A stretch of 64,000 bases of DNA from a virus: positions 1-64,000 of the IMG/VR virus record IMGVR_UViG_3300030108_003057; one strand, written 5' to 3'. The notes under the pieces were generated by a model. That model ran no database searches. It was given only the letters and a program-made list of their open reading frames with translations, and was not told where the DNA came from. A program made the position numbers and the translations under genes. Every line of letters begins with the position of its first letter. Position 1 is the stretch's first letter. Positions 30,546-39,545 of the stretch are shown here, one piece after another.

Positions 30546-31721
30546 TTATATCAACACTCTACCTGCATTTATGTTACCTGTATCTTTAGTAATGTGTTCT
30601 AGGTGCGTTCTTACAGTAGAAACATATGTCCCTAATACATGGTCATTCATTACTGCCATAGCGCGAGCAGCATATTGGTCACCTTTAGAAGCACCACTCA
30701 TCATATTATCAATACAAATTGGTCCTCTTAGTTGTAGGTTAGTCTTTTCTGCACTCTTTAGTTTATTTAACTTTACTAAATCATGATTTCCACCACTGTT
30801 CCCACCAGAATAAACCATATATGTAGATACATCTTGATAGCCTCGCTTCATACCATTATCAGCAATAATCCAATCTGTTAATTTACCCTTAACAAGTAGA
30901 GCATCTTGTTCCTTATCTTCCTTTTTAGTCTTAAACTTAATAACTGATATTTGTTCATAGTTATCGGATAAGCCTTTCAACAATTGCATGGCTCTTTTCT
31001 CGACGGCATCAGATTGCCTATTTTGAGTCATGAATGCTTTCATTACTTTTGCTTGGGAATCAGTAACTCTAGTTTCATTTAGAACGAATACTAATTCTTC
31101 AGGACTGATAGCATAAAATTTACCTCTACGATTGTCTTTTAGATAACTATTAGTAAAGTGTCTTAAGTCCTTTAGGGATATATCATACCAATAAGCATCA
31201 TTAAGTTCTAAGGCAAAATCTTCTGGACCAATCTGAGCAACATTTAATCTACAAGTCTTGAGTTTATTATCATCGTCTATAAACTTATAAGGTACTCTAT
31301 TTTCTAACACGTAAGATAATTCTGCTGGCATCTTAACACATCTATGAAAATAATCCCATAATTGTTTGTGACCTTCGGCATCATTATTAATATATATTGA
31401 CCGAAGTAATACCCTTGTAATATTATTTAATATATCATTTATTGTTAAAGTAATATTATTTAATTCATATCTTCTACTGTTTCTAGAAATCAACATACCA
31501 AACCCCTTTACAAAAAATAATAATTGACCGTCACCTTGATTTTTTGCTGGCATTAATATTCTTCTATTTACGACTTCTCTAAGTGCTACAAAGGTAGAAT
31601 CAAGTCCAGTGCTAGTACTTCTTCTATTAGCATAAACAGTAAAAGTTCCATCTAGCCCTTCGATTTCAATATTAACATGACTCATACTATCACTAGCATG
31701 TCTAATTCTTATCGTCATCAT
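30546..31721 (-). CDS. Hypothetical protein with C-terminal 'GPICID...GDQYAARAMAVMND' cysteine motif (possible E2-like)
   Basis: ORF track; the functional call is speculative and rests on the motif and the neighbouring E1/JAB genes. Confidence 0.5.
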   Translation of the reverse strand: MMTIRIRHASDSMSHVNIEIEGLDGTFTVYANRRSTSTGLDSTFVALREVVNRRILMPAKNQGDGQLLFFVKGFGMLISRNSRRYELNNITLTINDILNNITRVLLRSIYINNDAEGHKQLWDYFHRCVKMPAELSYVLENRVPYKFIDDDNKLKTCRLNVAQIGPEDFALELNDAYWYDISLKDLRHFTNSYLKDNRRGKFYAISPEELVFVLNETRVTDSQAKVMKAFMTQNRQSDAVEKRAMQLLKGLSDNYEQISVIKFKTKKEDKEQDALLVKGKLTDWIIADNGMKRGYQDVSTYMVYSGGNSGGNHDLVKLNKLKSAEKTNLQLRGPICIDNMMSGASKGDQYAARAMAVMNDHVLGTYVSTVRTHLEHITKDTGNINAGRVLI

Positions 31722-31972
31722 TATATATTTTCCTCCATAGTTATCTGCTCCATTAGAACACCGTCACATAAATCATTTAACTTCTCAGCCAAACTCTCAC
31801 ATATTCCGGGAATAGTTTTTCTTTGTAGACCTAACCAAACTTTATGTTGTACATTTAACACTACAACAGGATTAAGTCCTTCACCCTCATCATACTTGAT
31901 AATTATAGGTGGTAGTTCTTCATCATTTACCATTCTGAATTCTACCATCTTTTTAGTTCTTGGAGACATCAT
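31721..31972 (-). CDS. Hypothetical protein
   Basis: Coupled ORF. Confidence 0.6.
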   Translation of the reverse strand: MMSPRTKKMVEFRMVNDEELPPIIIKYDEGEGLNPVVVLNVQHKVWLGLQRKTIPGICESLAEKLNDLCDGVLMEQITMEENI

Positions 31973-32256
31973 TCTTTCACTTCCGGCTTTGGACCCATTT
32001 TGATAACTTGTCTACTAACAATAACATGAGGAAACTTCTCAATCAACAAAGGCATAATCTCATTCCAATTAATATCTCCTTCGTATTGTTTAGTCCACAC
32101 ACTACCGTTTGTCTTTAGAGAAGTCATACGAACTACAACTTTTTCATCAGTTACTGTTCCTACGTCTTTCAATACCGCCAAACTATCTGCGTCTATATTC
32201 AATCCACCGTTCTGCATTTTCATCATTTCTTCTATATTCATTTTTTTCACTTCCAA
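31969..32256 (-). CDS. Hypothetical protein
   Basis: Coupled ORF. Confidence 0.55.
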   Translation of the reverse strand: MEVKKMNIEEMMKMQNGGLNIDADSLAVLKDVGTVTDEKVVVRMTSLKTNGSVWTKQYEGDINWNEIMPLLIEKFPHVIVSRQVIKMGPKPEVKE

Positions 32257-32271
32257 TTTTTTTGCAGGTTA

Positions 32272-34131
32272 TTATATTTCACAAGCCCCACCTGCACAAG
32301 CGATTTCACCGCTTAGGTCTGTGTTGTCCTTTTGTTCGACTACATTTCTTAAGTCTACCGATTTTAATGACTCCATCATCTCACGAAATTTAAGGACATT
32401 CGTGGACTCAAAAGGAGCCTGTATATATGTTCCACCATCATAAGGTAAAACTGAAAGACCGTTATACGACTTTCTATTATTCCACATCCATTCACCAACA
32501 TCCTCCCATTCATTTTCACGAATAGAAACTGTTGCTGAAACATTATGAGTATTCATACCATCTCGGTGTCCAGTATTAACCCAATTTTCTGCGAACCATT
32601 TTACTCTTTCTAATAAAGAAATAGCAGGTTCAGTTCTTAGTGTTGCACCATCTGGTGCGCGTTGAGGAATACTAATAACTGCTTCAAGATGTGGCTTGAA
32701 GTGGTCATCCTCAATTAATTCTTTATGGTTTCTAGCCAAATAATCATAAATGGCTTCACTCTTTCCTACTCTAACTCTTCTAATATAGTGTTTATCATGC
32801 CATGCGTGAATACCGCTACTTGTACCTAATACAAGTGAAGTAGTTCCCGCAGGTTTAACACAAGTTAGTCTGGCGGCTTTATTAATTCCTATTTCTTCTG
32901 CAACTCTTATATTTACTGCTTTAACATGTTTTGCCGCCATTTTTACATCTAAACTCTTTAATTTATTAGATGCAATCCCCGTCATTGATACGCCAACTAA
33001 CGCATCCTTTTCTGTTGTTTGCTTCCATACATCTCTAAGATAATGGAAATCTGTATACCCTGCTTGTAATGTTCCAACAAATGCTGCCGCTTTAACTCTA
33101 TTGTTTAGGTCATGTTGACTTTCTACATTTGAAACATTTACTTCTGTTAGATTACAGAACTGATAAGGTCTTAACGCAATCTCGCAACATGGGTTAGTTC
33201 CCCAATCCTTATCATTTGAAAAGTATAATCCCGGTTCACCCGAACCTGAATCTTGTATTTTTTGCCATAGTTCTTTAAAAAATGCCTTTCTAACTCTACT
33301 ACGAATTAGAACTGCACTATTATTTGCTCGGCCTCTTTGTGGGTTTTGTTCCCACCATGCTCCACTCTTACATGAAATCATATCATCATCATCAGCACTA
33401 AATAAACTAATTAATGCTGCTCTACGAATTCCACCTGCTAATACTGAATCAGCAATGAGACACATAATATCATGTGCTTCAATGGTGGATAATTTACTAC
33501 CATGTTCCTTTTCAGATAAAATGTTCTCTATTTTTACAAGACATTCTCTTAAAGGAGTTGGACCGGGTGCTCGACCACCAGATGTTTTAAGTAATTCACC
33601 CTTTGGTCTAATATCTGAATAATCAAACACTGGAGTTGTTTTATATCCTCCAAAATATGACTTCATCAATGCTTTAATTGAATCAGCCCAACCTTCTATA
33701 CTATCACCAATTAAATATCTTCTAGTTCTTTTAGAAGGTTTTGATATTTCAGGTAATTGTGCTACATGATGTTTTTGTACTGAATAACCGACTCCGGTTC
33801 CTCCTAACAATAAAAACATAGCCTCCCAAAAAGAATCAATACAATCAATCGGCATATATGCACAATTGTAAACTCTATTTGGACTAACTTCAATTGGTTT
33901 ACCTGCAAATTGCATACTTCGCATTGAAGGTAATACTTTCTTAGTTAATACAAACTGAGTGTATACATCTTTTATCTCATCTTTCAATTGAGGATATTTT
34001 TTCATATGCATTTCACAATTTCTATTACAAATCTCCTCCCATGTTTCTCTCCTAAACTTATCTGGCTTAAACTTGGCATATTTCATATGCACAATTATAT
34101 CACTTAATATTTCTTGACTTATTTCCATCAT
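32272..34131 (-). CDS. nrdJ: Class II (B12-dependent) ribonucleotide reductase
   Basis: RRETWEE, LPSMR, NCAY, GGIRRAALI, TNPCCEI, FCNL, VKPAGT, C-terminal CAGGAC; no small-subunit gene present. Confidence 0.92.
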   Translation of the reverse strand: MMEISQEILSDIIVHMKYAKFKPDKFRRETWEEICNRNCEMHMKKYPQLKDEIKDVYTQFVLTKKVLPSMRSMQFAGKPIEVSPNRVYNCAYMPIDCIDSFWEAMFLLLGGTGVGYSVQKHHVAQLPEISKPSKRTRRYLIGDSIEGWADSIKALMKSYFGGYKTTPVFDYSDIRPKGELLKTSGGRAPGPTPLRECLVKIENILSEKEHGSKLSTIEAHDIMCLIADSVLAGGIRRAALISLFSADDDDMISCKSGAWWEQNPQRGRANNSAVLIRSRVRKAFFKELWQKIQDSGSGEPGLYFSNDKDWGTNPCCEIALRPYQFCNLTEVNVSNVESQHDLNNRVKAAAFVGTLQAGYTDFHYLRDVWKQTTEKDALVGVSMTGIASNKLKSLDVKMAAKHVKAVNIRVAEEIGINKAARLTCVKPAGTTSLVLGTSSGIHAWHDKHYIRRVRVGKSEAIYDYLARNHKELIEDDHFKPHLEAVISIPQRAPDGATLRTEPAISLLERVKWFAENWVNTGHRDGMNTHNVSATVSIRENEWEDVGEWMWNNRKSYNGLSVLPYDGGTYIQAPFESTNVLKFREMMESLKSVDLRNVVEQKDNTDLSGEIACAGGACEI

Positions 34132-34550
34132 AATTCCCCCATCAGGTTATCAATCTCTTTAATAAGATTGCCATTTTGTACTAATATCCAAGACCTTACT
34201 TCAATCCATTCAAAATCTTTCCAGTCTTTTAGTATTTCCCATCCATTTTTATTTATACAATTCCAAATACTATTATATTCTACCTTCTTGTAGGTAAAAA
34301 CTAAGTCTCCACAACTTACCAATTCTTTGTTTTTAGTACCGCGACCTATTATTATTCCCTCGTCATAAAAGTTAGGGTCAAGGGTTACTAGGTCGGTACC
34401 ATTAAAATGATTATGAAACTCATAAAGTTTTCTATAACCAACTGGTCTAAGTTTATAAAGTTTGATTAGTTCATCTGCTACATAATCAGTAGTAATATAA
34501 TTTTTTAGGTGTTCCAAATCATTTTCTTTAAGATATTCACTTATTAACAT
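34128..34550 (-). CDS. Hypothetical protein
   Basis: Likely start MLISEYLK at 34550. Confidence 0.55.
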   Translation of the reverse strand: MLISEYLKENDLEHLKNYITTDYVADELIKLYKLRPVGYRKLYEFHNHFNGTDLVTLDPNFYDEGIIIGRGTKNKELVSCGDLVFTYKKVEYNSIWNCINKNGWEILKDWKDFEWIEVRSWILVQNGNLIKEIDNLMGEL

Positions 34551-35097
34551 ATATTTTCTCCGTAAATAGTTGATGTGTTGTTGGCATCCAATCCGGTCTA
34601 CCGTCATTTCTCCACGTTGCGAATTTCCATTTATCAATTCTATAATATTCTTTGTATGCTTCTATCGTACAGGGAAATAATTCCTCGTCTAATAGATGCG
34701 GATATATATTTTTCTTGATTGCTCTAACAAATGGTGTTAGACCTTGCTTTGGAAAGTCTGCTTCTTCTAACCAATCAAACACATCTTTTGATAATTCAGT
34801 CATTAGTCTTTCGACCTTGTGTTGTTTTTTGTATCTATCTGTATATTCCTCACAAATTGTCCAAGTATTTTTCCATGTCCAAATAAAATTGTCTTTGGAT
34901 TCTCTAGCCCAAATAGTGGAAGGGTGTTTAGCCATACCTCTACTCATTCTTTTCCAAGGAATATTTTTTTGATAATTTAACTCATGCAAATTGTGGCAGA
35001 TAATTTGTAATCCCTCAGTTGGCATCTTAACTACGTGTTTATCACATAGTTGTCTAGCCGCTAATACTGGGTCTTCATGTAAAAAGAATATATTCAT
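34537..35097 (-). CDS. Pyrimidine-dimer DNA glycosylase-like (DenV-related) protein
   Basis: MNIFFL..DP..AA...CDKHVVKM..E..Q, HPSTIW, EEY..RY.K.H, AY..YY...K. Confidence 0.75.
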   Translation of the reverse strand: MNIFFLHEDPVLAARQLCDKHVVKMPTEGLQIICHNLHELNYQKNIPWKRMSRGMAKHPSTIWARESKDNFIWTWKNTWTICEEYTDRYKKQHKVERLMTELSKDVFDWLEEADFPKQGLTPFVRAIKKNIYPHLLDEELFPCTIEAYKEYYRIDKWKFATWRNDGRPDWMPTTHQLFTEKIYVNK

Positions 35098-35174
35098 TCT
35101 TCACACCTCTTACAATTACCAATTCTATACCAGTGTCCGCATTTTTCGCATTGACTAGGTATTGCTCCACACAT
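35094..35174 (-). CDS. 26-aa cysteine-rich micro-protein (not in ORF track)
   Basis: MCGAIPSQCEKCGHWYRIGNCKRCEE; AGGAGG RBS; stop overlaps the next start. Confidence 0.45.
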   Translation of the reverse strand: MCGAIPSQCEKCGHWYRIGNCKRCEE

Positions 35175-35250
35175 TTAACCCATCCTCCTTGAACAAGTTA
35201 TACAGTAATCACTGTAAGTACTAAATCTTGGGTTCATACAGTTTTTTCTT

Positions 35251-35436
35251 CTACAAATCTTCATCTGTAAAACCATCCTTTGTAAATCCACTAATCATTT
35301 CTTCGCTTGCCTCCTTAACTTTAGTATTTCGCTCTACTTGTTTCATCCATAAAACAAATGCTCTTGAGTGAAATCGCCAAATAAAGAATAATAATACTTT
35401 ATATAATAATTTATAATCCATAAGTATCATCCTCAC
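35251..35436 (-). CDS. Small hypothetical protein
   Basis: ORF track. Confidence 0.45.
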   Translation of the reverse strand: MRMILMDYKLLYKVLLFFIWRFHSRAFVLWMKQVERNTKVKEASEEMISGFTKDGFTDEDL

Positions 35437-35698
35437 ATGATTTATCTCTCCATTCTTGAAGTATGTCTAGTAACTGCTCAGAAGTTAAACAATAATCATC
35501 TAATAGTTCTTCAGTTCCAAACCTTCCAGTGTTGGAGTAAAATTCTAACCACAATTTATTATCATCACGAGATATTTCACAAACAATCTCTTCTTTTTCT
35601 GAATGTGGGAAATTACAATCAGAGTTAGTGCATTCAACACCATCATCTTCTGCTCTAACTAATTTCCATTCACATCTAGGACATTCCATGTATGCCAT
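35411..35698 (-). CDS. Zinc-ribbon protein
   Basis: CPRC...CTNSDC. Confidence 0.55.
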   Translation of the reverse strand: MAYMECPRCEWKLVRAEDDGVECTNSDCNFPHSEKEEIVCEISRDDNKLWLEFYSNTGRFGTEELLDDYCLTSEQLLDILQEWRDKSCEDDTYGL

Positions 35699-35844
35699 TT
35701 ACTTTTCCTCCTGTATTTTACTAATTACGAATCCACATTTAGGACACGCAATTCCTCTTTCTGCTGCTTCTTGACTATGTTTAACAGTGCAAGCCAGCCA
35801 TTTTGTATAGTTTTCATATAAATTATTCCATCGTTCTTCTGCAT

Positions 35845-36153
35845 TCATTCTATTTTCCTCCACATTAATTGTCTTGAGCCACTATCAACTCTTGATACCC
35901 AACCGCCATCTTTCTTTAAGGCTCTTGAGATAAATTGACTCATGGCTAAAGTGTTTCCTCTATATTTAGCAACGTGTCTATTTACCGCAGCGGTTCTTGT
36001 TGTTTTACAAAGTAGTTTGTAATATTCATCTAATACTTCATCCATTATTAAATTAGTACATACTTCTTCGTGTCTATTTGATACTGTAAGTACTGCTTCT
36101 ACCATTACTTTCCAGTCTGCACTTGTTCTTCTTTTTTGTTTTCTTTTTCTCAT
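35845..36153 (-). CDS. Putative winged-helix DNA-binding protein
   Basis: Basic; helix-helix-wing pattern ending 'WVSRVD...LMWRK'. Confidence 0.5.
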   Translation of the reverse strand: MRKRKQKRRTSADWKVMVEAVLTVSNRHEEVCTNLIMDEVLDEYYKLLCKTTRTAAVNRHVAKYRGNTLAMSQFISRALKKDGGWVSRVDSGSRQLMWRKIE

Positions 36154-36356
36154 TACAGAATCCTCCTACTTACACTATCTGCTTTTTCATAAGAATATCC
36201 CTGTTCTCGCAAACTTTTAAATAATTTTATTCGGGATAATTCTTTTCCGACAGTTCTATCTAAGTATACTTTAGTATAAACTCTTAAATCATTAGCAGTA
36301 GCATGTTTTCTAATAGTATCTGTTTTTGGTAATTTTTTAAGTTTTTCTAAATTCAT
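36153..36356 (-). CDS. Small basic hypothetical protein
   Basis: Coupled ORF. Confidence 0.5.
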   Translation of the reverse strand: MNLEKLKKLPKTDTIRKHATANDLRVYTKVYLDRTVGKELSRIKLFKSLREQGYSYEKADSVSRRIL

Positions 36357-36688
36357 CTATCATCACCTTCACCTTTCAGTGTATTGTTTTCCATTCTTTT
36401 CTGAATCTTCTCTATGTTTAACCTAGCCACTTTATCTAACTTAACATTAAGTTCGTTTGCTAGATTAGCAAGATACCATAATACATCACCTAATTCACGA
36501 ATCAACGCTTCTTTATAATGTATTGGGTATGTATTCTGTAATGACCCAGAATCCCTTATGTGCTTCTTTATCTTTTCAGCAACTTCTCCTGCTTCGCCAC
36601 ATAAACCTAAAGTAAGATACAATAGGCTATTATCAGTGGGGAATATAGCAGTTTTGCTTGCTGTTCTTTGATAATGGTTCATATCCAT
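36353..36688 (-). CDS. MazG-like NTP pyrophosphohydrolase
   Basis: GLCGEAGEVAEKIKK..RD, ELGDVLWY, NIEK...R, GEGDDR; start moved to MDMNHYQ. Confidence 0.88.
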   Translation of the reverse strand: MDMNHYQRTASKTAIFPTDNSLLYLTLGLCGEAGEVAEKIKKHIRDSGSLQNTYPIHYKEALIRELGDVLWYLANLANELNVKLDKVARLNIEKIQKRMENNTLKGEGDDR

Positions 36689-36981
36689 TATTCTTCCTCC
36701 GATAAATATACTAAGTCCGCCAATGCCAACGCCGCACTTATTGGCATACAATCTGGGTCACTAAGATATAAATTCATAGAAAATGTTCTTTCTACATATT
36801 CACATATAGAACCAGTTTGCATATCGGTATATTGTATTGTATTTTCATAGTAATATCTACCGTTTCTATACTTAATATAGAATTGACTACCATCAACTAG
36901 ATTTCCTTCAATCTGAGTTGGTGCTGCTTCACTTGTTACTTTAAAACTTTTTATTTTTATTTCTTTCTTCATTTTTTTCAC
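36688..36981 (-). CDS. Hypothetical protein
   Basis: ORF track. Confidence 0.55.
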   Translation of the reverse strand: MKKMKKEIKIKSFKVTSEAAPTQIEGNLVDGSQFYIKYRNGRYYYENTIQYTDMQTGSICEYVERTFSMNLYLSDPDCMPISAALALADLVYLSEEE

Positions 36982-37026
36982 TTCCTTTTGAGTTTTTTAC
37001 AGAGAACTCTAACTCTATTTAATAGG

Positions 37027-37108
37027 TGCAGGTAGTAGGATTTGAACCTACGAAACATTATGTAATGGGACTTAAGCCCATCGCCTTTGACCACTCGGCT
37101 ATACCTGC
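37027..37108 (-). tRNA. tRNA-Leu(UAA)
   Basis: Reverse complement GCAGGTATAGCCGAGTGGTCAAAGGCGATGGGCTTAAGTCCCAT...GTAGGTTCAAATCCTACTACCTGCA: acceptor stem, D loop, anticodon TAA, long variable arm, TTC loop; no encoded CCA. Confidence 0.93.
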
Positions 37109-37301
37109 TTATTTTTTTAATTCTTTTTTTATCCAGACAACTATTCTATGTCCGATAACAAATATAACAAAATATACCGCTAATTCTACTGCTAAAGCCG
37201 CCAATAAATATTTATCTGAAACACATTCGGTATTACCCAAAACTGTCGTACAGACTTCAATGGTAGCCACACAGTAGATTAACTATGCGTTATATTTTAA
37301 G

Positions 37302-37679
37302 TTATTCTTTTTGGGAATCCCAGACAACATTGTAATGTTCACAATAGTTAACTAAGGTTTGCCAATCTTCATCCATATCGATTCTATATTCATATCTCAA
37401 TATTGGTAATGCGCCATTTACAAAATCATCTAGTATGTATCTAGCACCTTCATCAGAAATATTATTAGCGATTGCTGATTCAAACTGATACACAAACGCA
37501 CCCAATAATCCATATTTATTTACTAAATCATCAGTATATTTCTCTATTTTACGCACAAATCTTCTTTCCTTGAAACCTTTCGATGCGTCAACGGTAATTG
37601 CTTTTAATATGTCTAATATAAGTTTAAACATATTATTCACCTTTAAATTCTTTAAATCGCTTTCTATATAAAAAAGCAA
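37302..37679 (-). CDS. Hypothetical protein
   Basis: ORF track; probable start MFKLILD near 37631. Confidence 0.55.
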   Translation of the reverse strand: MLFYIESDLKNLKVNNMFKLILDILKAITVDASKGFKERRFVRKIEKYTDDLVNKYGLLGAFVYQFESAIANNISDEGARYILDDFVNGALPILRYEYRIDMDEDWQTLVNYCEHYNVVWDSQKE

Positions 37680-38040
37680 ACATGTGTTTTTTAAACTTAG
37701 TCGTTGGTGCGTGCATTTGTTGTTTAATCCAAGAATTCATTTTTGCTACTTTAGTTTCGTCATTTATTAATGCCAACTTAGGGATAGCCTCACCTCTTTT
37801 ATTTAATATAATAGTTCCATCCTTTTCCTTATGAACAATTAAACGACCATCTTCACCATATTGTCTATCAACACCATTTTCTAATTCGGTAATCTTATCT
37901 TTAATTCTTTGTGGTGAATCTGCTCCACCTACATATCTTCTTAATCTATAATCATATCTTTGCTGGCATTCTTCATGAATGTCGCTTAATAATAAAAATT
38001 CTTTATATCCATTCCAATCTTGTTTTTTTCTCCAAGTCAT
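37633..38040 (-). CDS. Hypothetical basic protein
   Basis: ORF track, RBS GGAGAG. Confidence 0.6.
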   Translation of the reverse strand: MTWRKKQDWNGYKEFLLLSDIHEECQQRYDYRLRRYVGGADSPQRIKDKITELENGVDRQYGEDGRLIVHKEKDGTIILNKRGEAIPKLALINDETKVAKMNSWIKQQMHAPTTKFKKHMFAFLYRKRFKEFKGE

Positions 38041-38170
38041 TTTATCTCTCCATTTAAAATAATTAAATCTTATGTGTAAAACCCGGTTCTTGCCGCTTGG
38101 TTCTACATGAATTTCCAGTTTTGTTCACCCAGACTGGAAACTGGGCCAAAATGTTAACTTAATTTTAGTC

Positions 38171-38383
38171 CTAACAACCGCCAACGATGGCTTGCGTTAG
38201 AACTACTTCATTTACATCATTAAAGTTGATGTTCGCAATTTCTTCACGGGAAACAAGTTCACCGTCAATGTATGCCCAATGAGTAGGATGCTCAATAATT
38301 TGCTCCAATGCCCCTTCAGCACTCATTGATAGTTCGGTATGACCTGTTTCATTTAGTATTGTTACCTTTACCATTTTACTCAC
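38171..38383 (-). CDS. Ubiquitin-like (beta-grasp) protein ending GG-C
   Basis: 70 aa; beta-hairpin, helix, 'AYIDGELV', final strand 'EVVLTQAIVGG' plus one extra Cys (codons GGC GGT TGT TAG). Confidence 0.72.
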   Translation of the reverse strand: MSKMVKVTILNETGHTELSMSAEGALEQIIEHPTHWAYIDGELVSREEIANINFNDVNEVVLTQAIVGGC

Positions 38384-38547
38384 TCTCCATAATCTCTACT
38401 TTTCCTAATTGTACTCTTAGTTCTGATATATTCATCTTCTTCACTTCCTTTTTTACGTAAGCCCGTCGGCAATATTAACAACGACTATGTTCTATATAAC
38501 CGTTGTTGGATTAGTTTTTCATTAACATTTTGGGTATGTTATTTGAG

Positions 38548-38787
38548 TCATATTGGGTCATTTCTTTTACTTCGCCAATGCCAAGTCTCCCGACCCCTCA
38601 ATATAAAAATATCATCGAATTTTACTTCATTTTTCTTATAATTATATTGTGCTTCGCCTACTTCGTAAGCCCAGTCATCCCAATCTTTAATTAATCGCTT
38701 TACAATAGCAAGTCTTTTCCGATTGTGGATATTTTCGATTATCTCCCCTTTTTTAAATTTAGGTTCTTTCATTTGTATCTCTCCCAA
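38548..38787 (-). CDS. Small SH3-like hypothetical protein
   Basis: PKFKKGEII motif. Confidence 0.5.
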   Translation of the reverse strand: MGEIQMKEPKFKKGEIIENIHNRKRLAIVKRLIKDWDDWAYEVGEAQYNYKKNEVKFDDIFILRGRETWHWRSKRNDPI

Positions 38788-39011
38788 CGTCTTTTCTGTA
38801 TTTCCTTCTGTAAATTATCAGAAGTTGCGAGTAGCACCAATGCGAAGGGTAGTCCCAACATTGCGAACAATAATAGATTCGTATTAAAAGATACCCCTAA
38901 AAGTAGCCCTGCAAAACCTAATATTATACATATTCTATGCAATAATCGCAAATATTCGTATGTTTCCTTTAATTCGCCGTCACTTAATTTTTCTACATTA
39001 ATTTTCATCAT
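38769..39011 (-). CDS. Small two-TM membrane protein
   Basis: Two hydrophobic segments. Confidence 0.55.
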   Translation of the reverse strand: MMKINVEKLSDGELKETYEYLRLLHRICIILGFAGLLLGVSFNTNLLLFAMLGLPFALVLLATSDNLQKEIQKRRWERYK

Positions 39012-39280
39012 TCTTCATCCCTATGTGCTACCAACCATAATACACAATATCCTGCCAAGTCCAAATATATATCTTCATCACTTTCAATTGTTTCATTACC
39101 TGTTGCTAATCTTGAAATCTTATCATCCATTCTAACAGCAATCAATTCCTTCGCGCTCCCATTCGCAAATATCCCAATTGGGTTCAACGCTGAGTCTCCA
39201 TACTGTTCATTCTTCATTAATAACATTTCGGTTAATTCTTTCATAATATCTTTTATTTTCTTTGCTGTATTTTTGGTCAT
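39008..39280 (-). CDS. DUF1599/Nmad1-like nucleotide-modification-associated protein
   Basis: KNEQYGDSALNP...VRMDDKISRL...DLAGYCVL. Confidence 0.75.
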   Translation of the reverse strand: MTKNTAKKIKDIMKELTEMLLMKNEQYGDSALNPIGIFANGSAKELIAVRMDDKISRLATGNETIESDEDIYLDLAGYCVLWLVAHRDEE

Positions 39281-39393
39281 TTTATCACCTTTTATATTTC
39301 TTTTACAAAATGTACTAGAAAAAGAGTTTCCTACACATTTTGTTCACTATTCCTATTTAGGAAATCATTTTGCATTAGATAATGCTATTTTCT

Positions 39394-39545
39394 CATACAA
39401 AATGACGTTTTACTACTTTTACTACTTTTACTACCCCCTCTCATATAATAATAATAATATAAATTAAGAATCATATACAAAATGATATATATAATCTATC
39501 TTATAGATATATAGTATATAGTAAAAGTAGTAAAAGTAGAAATAG
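39394..39545. repeat. Inverted tandem repeats around an AT-rich palindrome (origin-like)
   Basis: (TTTTACTAC)x3 at about 39408-39434 and its reverse complement GTAAAAGTAGTAAAAGTAG at 39521-39539, flanking ATACAAAATGA x2 and ATATAATCTATCTTATAGATATAT. Confidence 0.65.

Noticed and set aside
17956-34131. Inteins or introns in PolB, ligase or RNR
   Set aside because: The proteins have normal lengths and contiguous motifs; no intein termini were seen.
37026-37277. 83-aa + strand ORF
   Set aside because: It is the antisense reading of the tRNA-Leu gene.
37633-38040. MTWRKKQDW as another copy of the N-terminal tag
   Set aside because: It lacks the two hydrophobic residues before Lys and lies in the - strand block.
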